A DNA stretch of 25,824 nucleotides from Armatimonadia bacterium (lineage in GTDB: Bacteria > Armatimonadota > Zipacnadia > Zipacnadales > UBA11051). Made by a program: the position numbers and the translations under genes. The notes under the pieces were generated by a model, which made no database searches, had not been told where the DNA came from, and was given only the letters and a program-made list of their open reading frames with translations. Where the stretch lies: assembly GCA_039683575.1 (NCBI GenBank), contig JBDKRC010000102.1:1-25824 (forward strand), read 5' to 3'. Shown piece by piece: positions 24,705-25,824 of this stretch (positions are counted from its first letter, which is position 1; the number at the start of each line of letters is the position of its first letter).

Positions 24705-25775
24705 ATGTTCTACACTCATGAGCGTAACTATGGCTGCCGTCTGAATGATGAGTTGGTATACCGCGGGCTGCGGATCCTGGTGCTTGAAAACGAGTTGATC
24801 AGGGTCTCCATCCTCCTCGATCAGGGTACCGATATCTTTGAGTTCCTTCACAAGCCCAGCGACACGGATTTCATGTGGCGCACCCCCGGCGGGGTCCGCA
24901 AGTTCGGCGACTTCGCCCCCAGCAGCTACGCCGCGGGCGGGTCCTTCCTGGACATCTACGAGGGTGGCTGGCAGGAGCTTTGCCCCCAGGGCGGAGGTAA
25001 GTGCGAGTATGGCGGCATGGAGCTTGGAATGCACGGAGAGGTGCATGGTTTGCCCTGGAAGCACCAGATCATCGAAAACAGTCCCGAGGTAATCAGTGTC
25101 AAAACGTGGGTCCGCACCATCCGCACTCCGTTCCTGCTCGAGAAGACACTGACTCTCCGCTCCGGCTCCGGAGCCCTCGAGATCGAGGAGACTCTCACCA
25201 ACGAGGGCCGGGTACCCATGGACCTCATGTGGGGCCACCACCCGGCCTTCGGCCCCCCGTTCCTCGATGACAGTTGCCGGGTCTATGCCCCCGCCAGCAC
25301 GGTCTACTGCGACGCGAATCGCGGCGACGCGGCCCGCTTCGAGCCCGGCAGCGAGTTCCAGTGGCCAATCGGCCCAGGGACCGCTGGGAGCCCCGTAGAC
25401 GTCAGTATCATCACTCCGCCAGAGCAGGGCGTGTCCGATATGTTGTTCCTTACCAACCTGTCCGAGGGGTGGTATGGGGTCACCAATCACAACCGCGGAG
25501 TCGGGTTTGGGATGGCGTTTGACACCAATGTTTTCAAGCATTTGTGGTACTGGCTATCGCTAGGCGGGACCATGGGCGGCCCGAGTTGGGGGCGGCATTA
25601 CGTGATGGCGATGGAGCCCTTCAGCAGCTACCCGGGGACCCTGACCGAGGTCATGAAGTGGGGCAACCAGATGGTCATGGAGCCGGGTGAGGTCAAGAGC
25701 ACCTGGCTGCGGGCAGTGGCATATGAGGGCGGCGAGGCGACGGGGATTGGGAAGGACGGCGTTGTGAGGCGTTGA
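24705..25775 (+). CDS. Aldose 1-epimerase / galactose mutarotase-like protein (DUF4432-like)
   Basis: LENELIRV...G.DI, GGWQELCP, HGE...PW, MWGHHPAFG, AMEP. Start set at ATG 24705. Confidence 0.8.
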   Translation: MFYTHERNYGCRLNDELVYRGLRILVLENELIRVSILLDQGTDIFEFLHKPSDTDFMWRTPGGVRKFGDFAPSSYAAGGSFLDIYEGGWQELCPQGGGKCEYGGMELGMHGEVHGLPWKHQIIENSPEVISVKTWVRTIRTPFLLEKTLTLRSGSGALEIEETLTNEGRVPMDLMWGHHPAFGPPFLDDSCRVYAPASTVYCDANRGDAARFEPGSEFQWPIGPGTAGSPVDVSIITPPEQGVSDMLFLTNLSEGWYGVTNHNRGVGFGMAFDTNVFKHLWYWLSLGGTMGGPSWGRHYVMAMEPFSSYPGTLTEVMKWGNQMVMEPGEVKSTWLRAVAYEGGEATGIGKDGVVRR

Positions 25776-25824
25776 TGGTTGATGGTTGATGGTTGATGGT
25801 TGATGGTTGATGGTTGATGATTGA
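25771..25824. repeat. Heptamer tandem repeat (GTTGATG)x7+, running to the window edge
   Basis: The first unit supplies the TGA stop of the epimerase-like gene. Confidence 0.95.

Overview
GC-rich bacterial chromosome segment, most likely Armatimonadota, inferred from two DUF1559/prepilin H-X9-DG genes carrying the '[22 protein letters not shown]' signature. It holds about 20 CDS, mostly on the minus strand. They encode an open-ended polytopic membrane protein, a degenerate pilin-like protein, a large secreted GH123/DUF4091-like protein, and a class III aminotransferase + M20 deacylase pair. That pair is split by an insert made of a REP-associated tyrosine transposase (RAYT) fused in frame to DUF4268, followed by a PD-(D/E)XK-DUF4268 nuclease-like gene. 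Further along are a wzxC/wcaK/wcaL-like trio, a polysaccharide deacetylase, a copper-amine-oxidase-N-domain protein, an orphan Cys/His protein, two DUF1559 prepilins, a standalone LigD phosphoesterase, an apparent operon of HTH-thioredoxin fusion + double DGC + aquaporin, and an aldose-epimerase-like gene. Intergenic DNA is crowded with at least six GTAG/GTGG REP palindrome types (several in frame inside proteins) and several 7-bp tandem repeats. A dispersed element with an identical 26-bp core occurs near both ends of the window. No rRNA, tRNA or CRISPR was seen. All family assignments come from motif recognition by eye, not from database searches.
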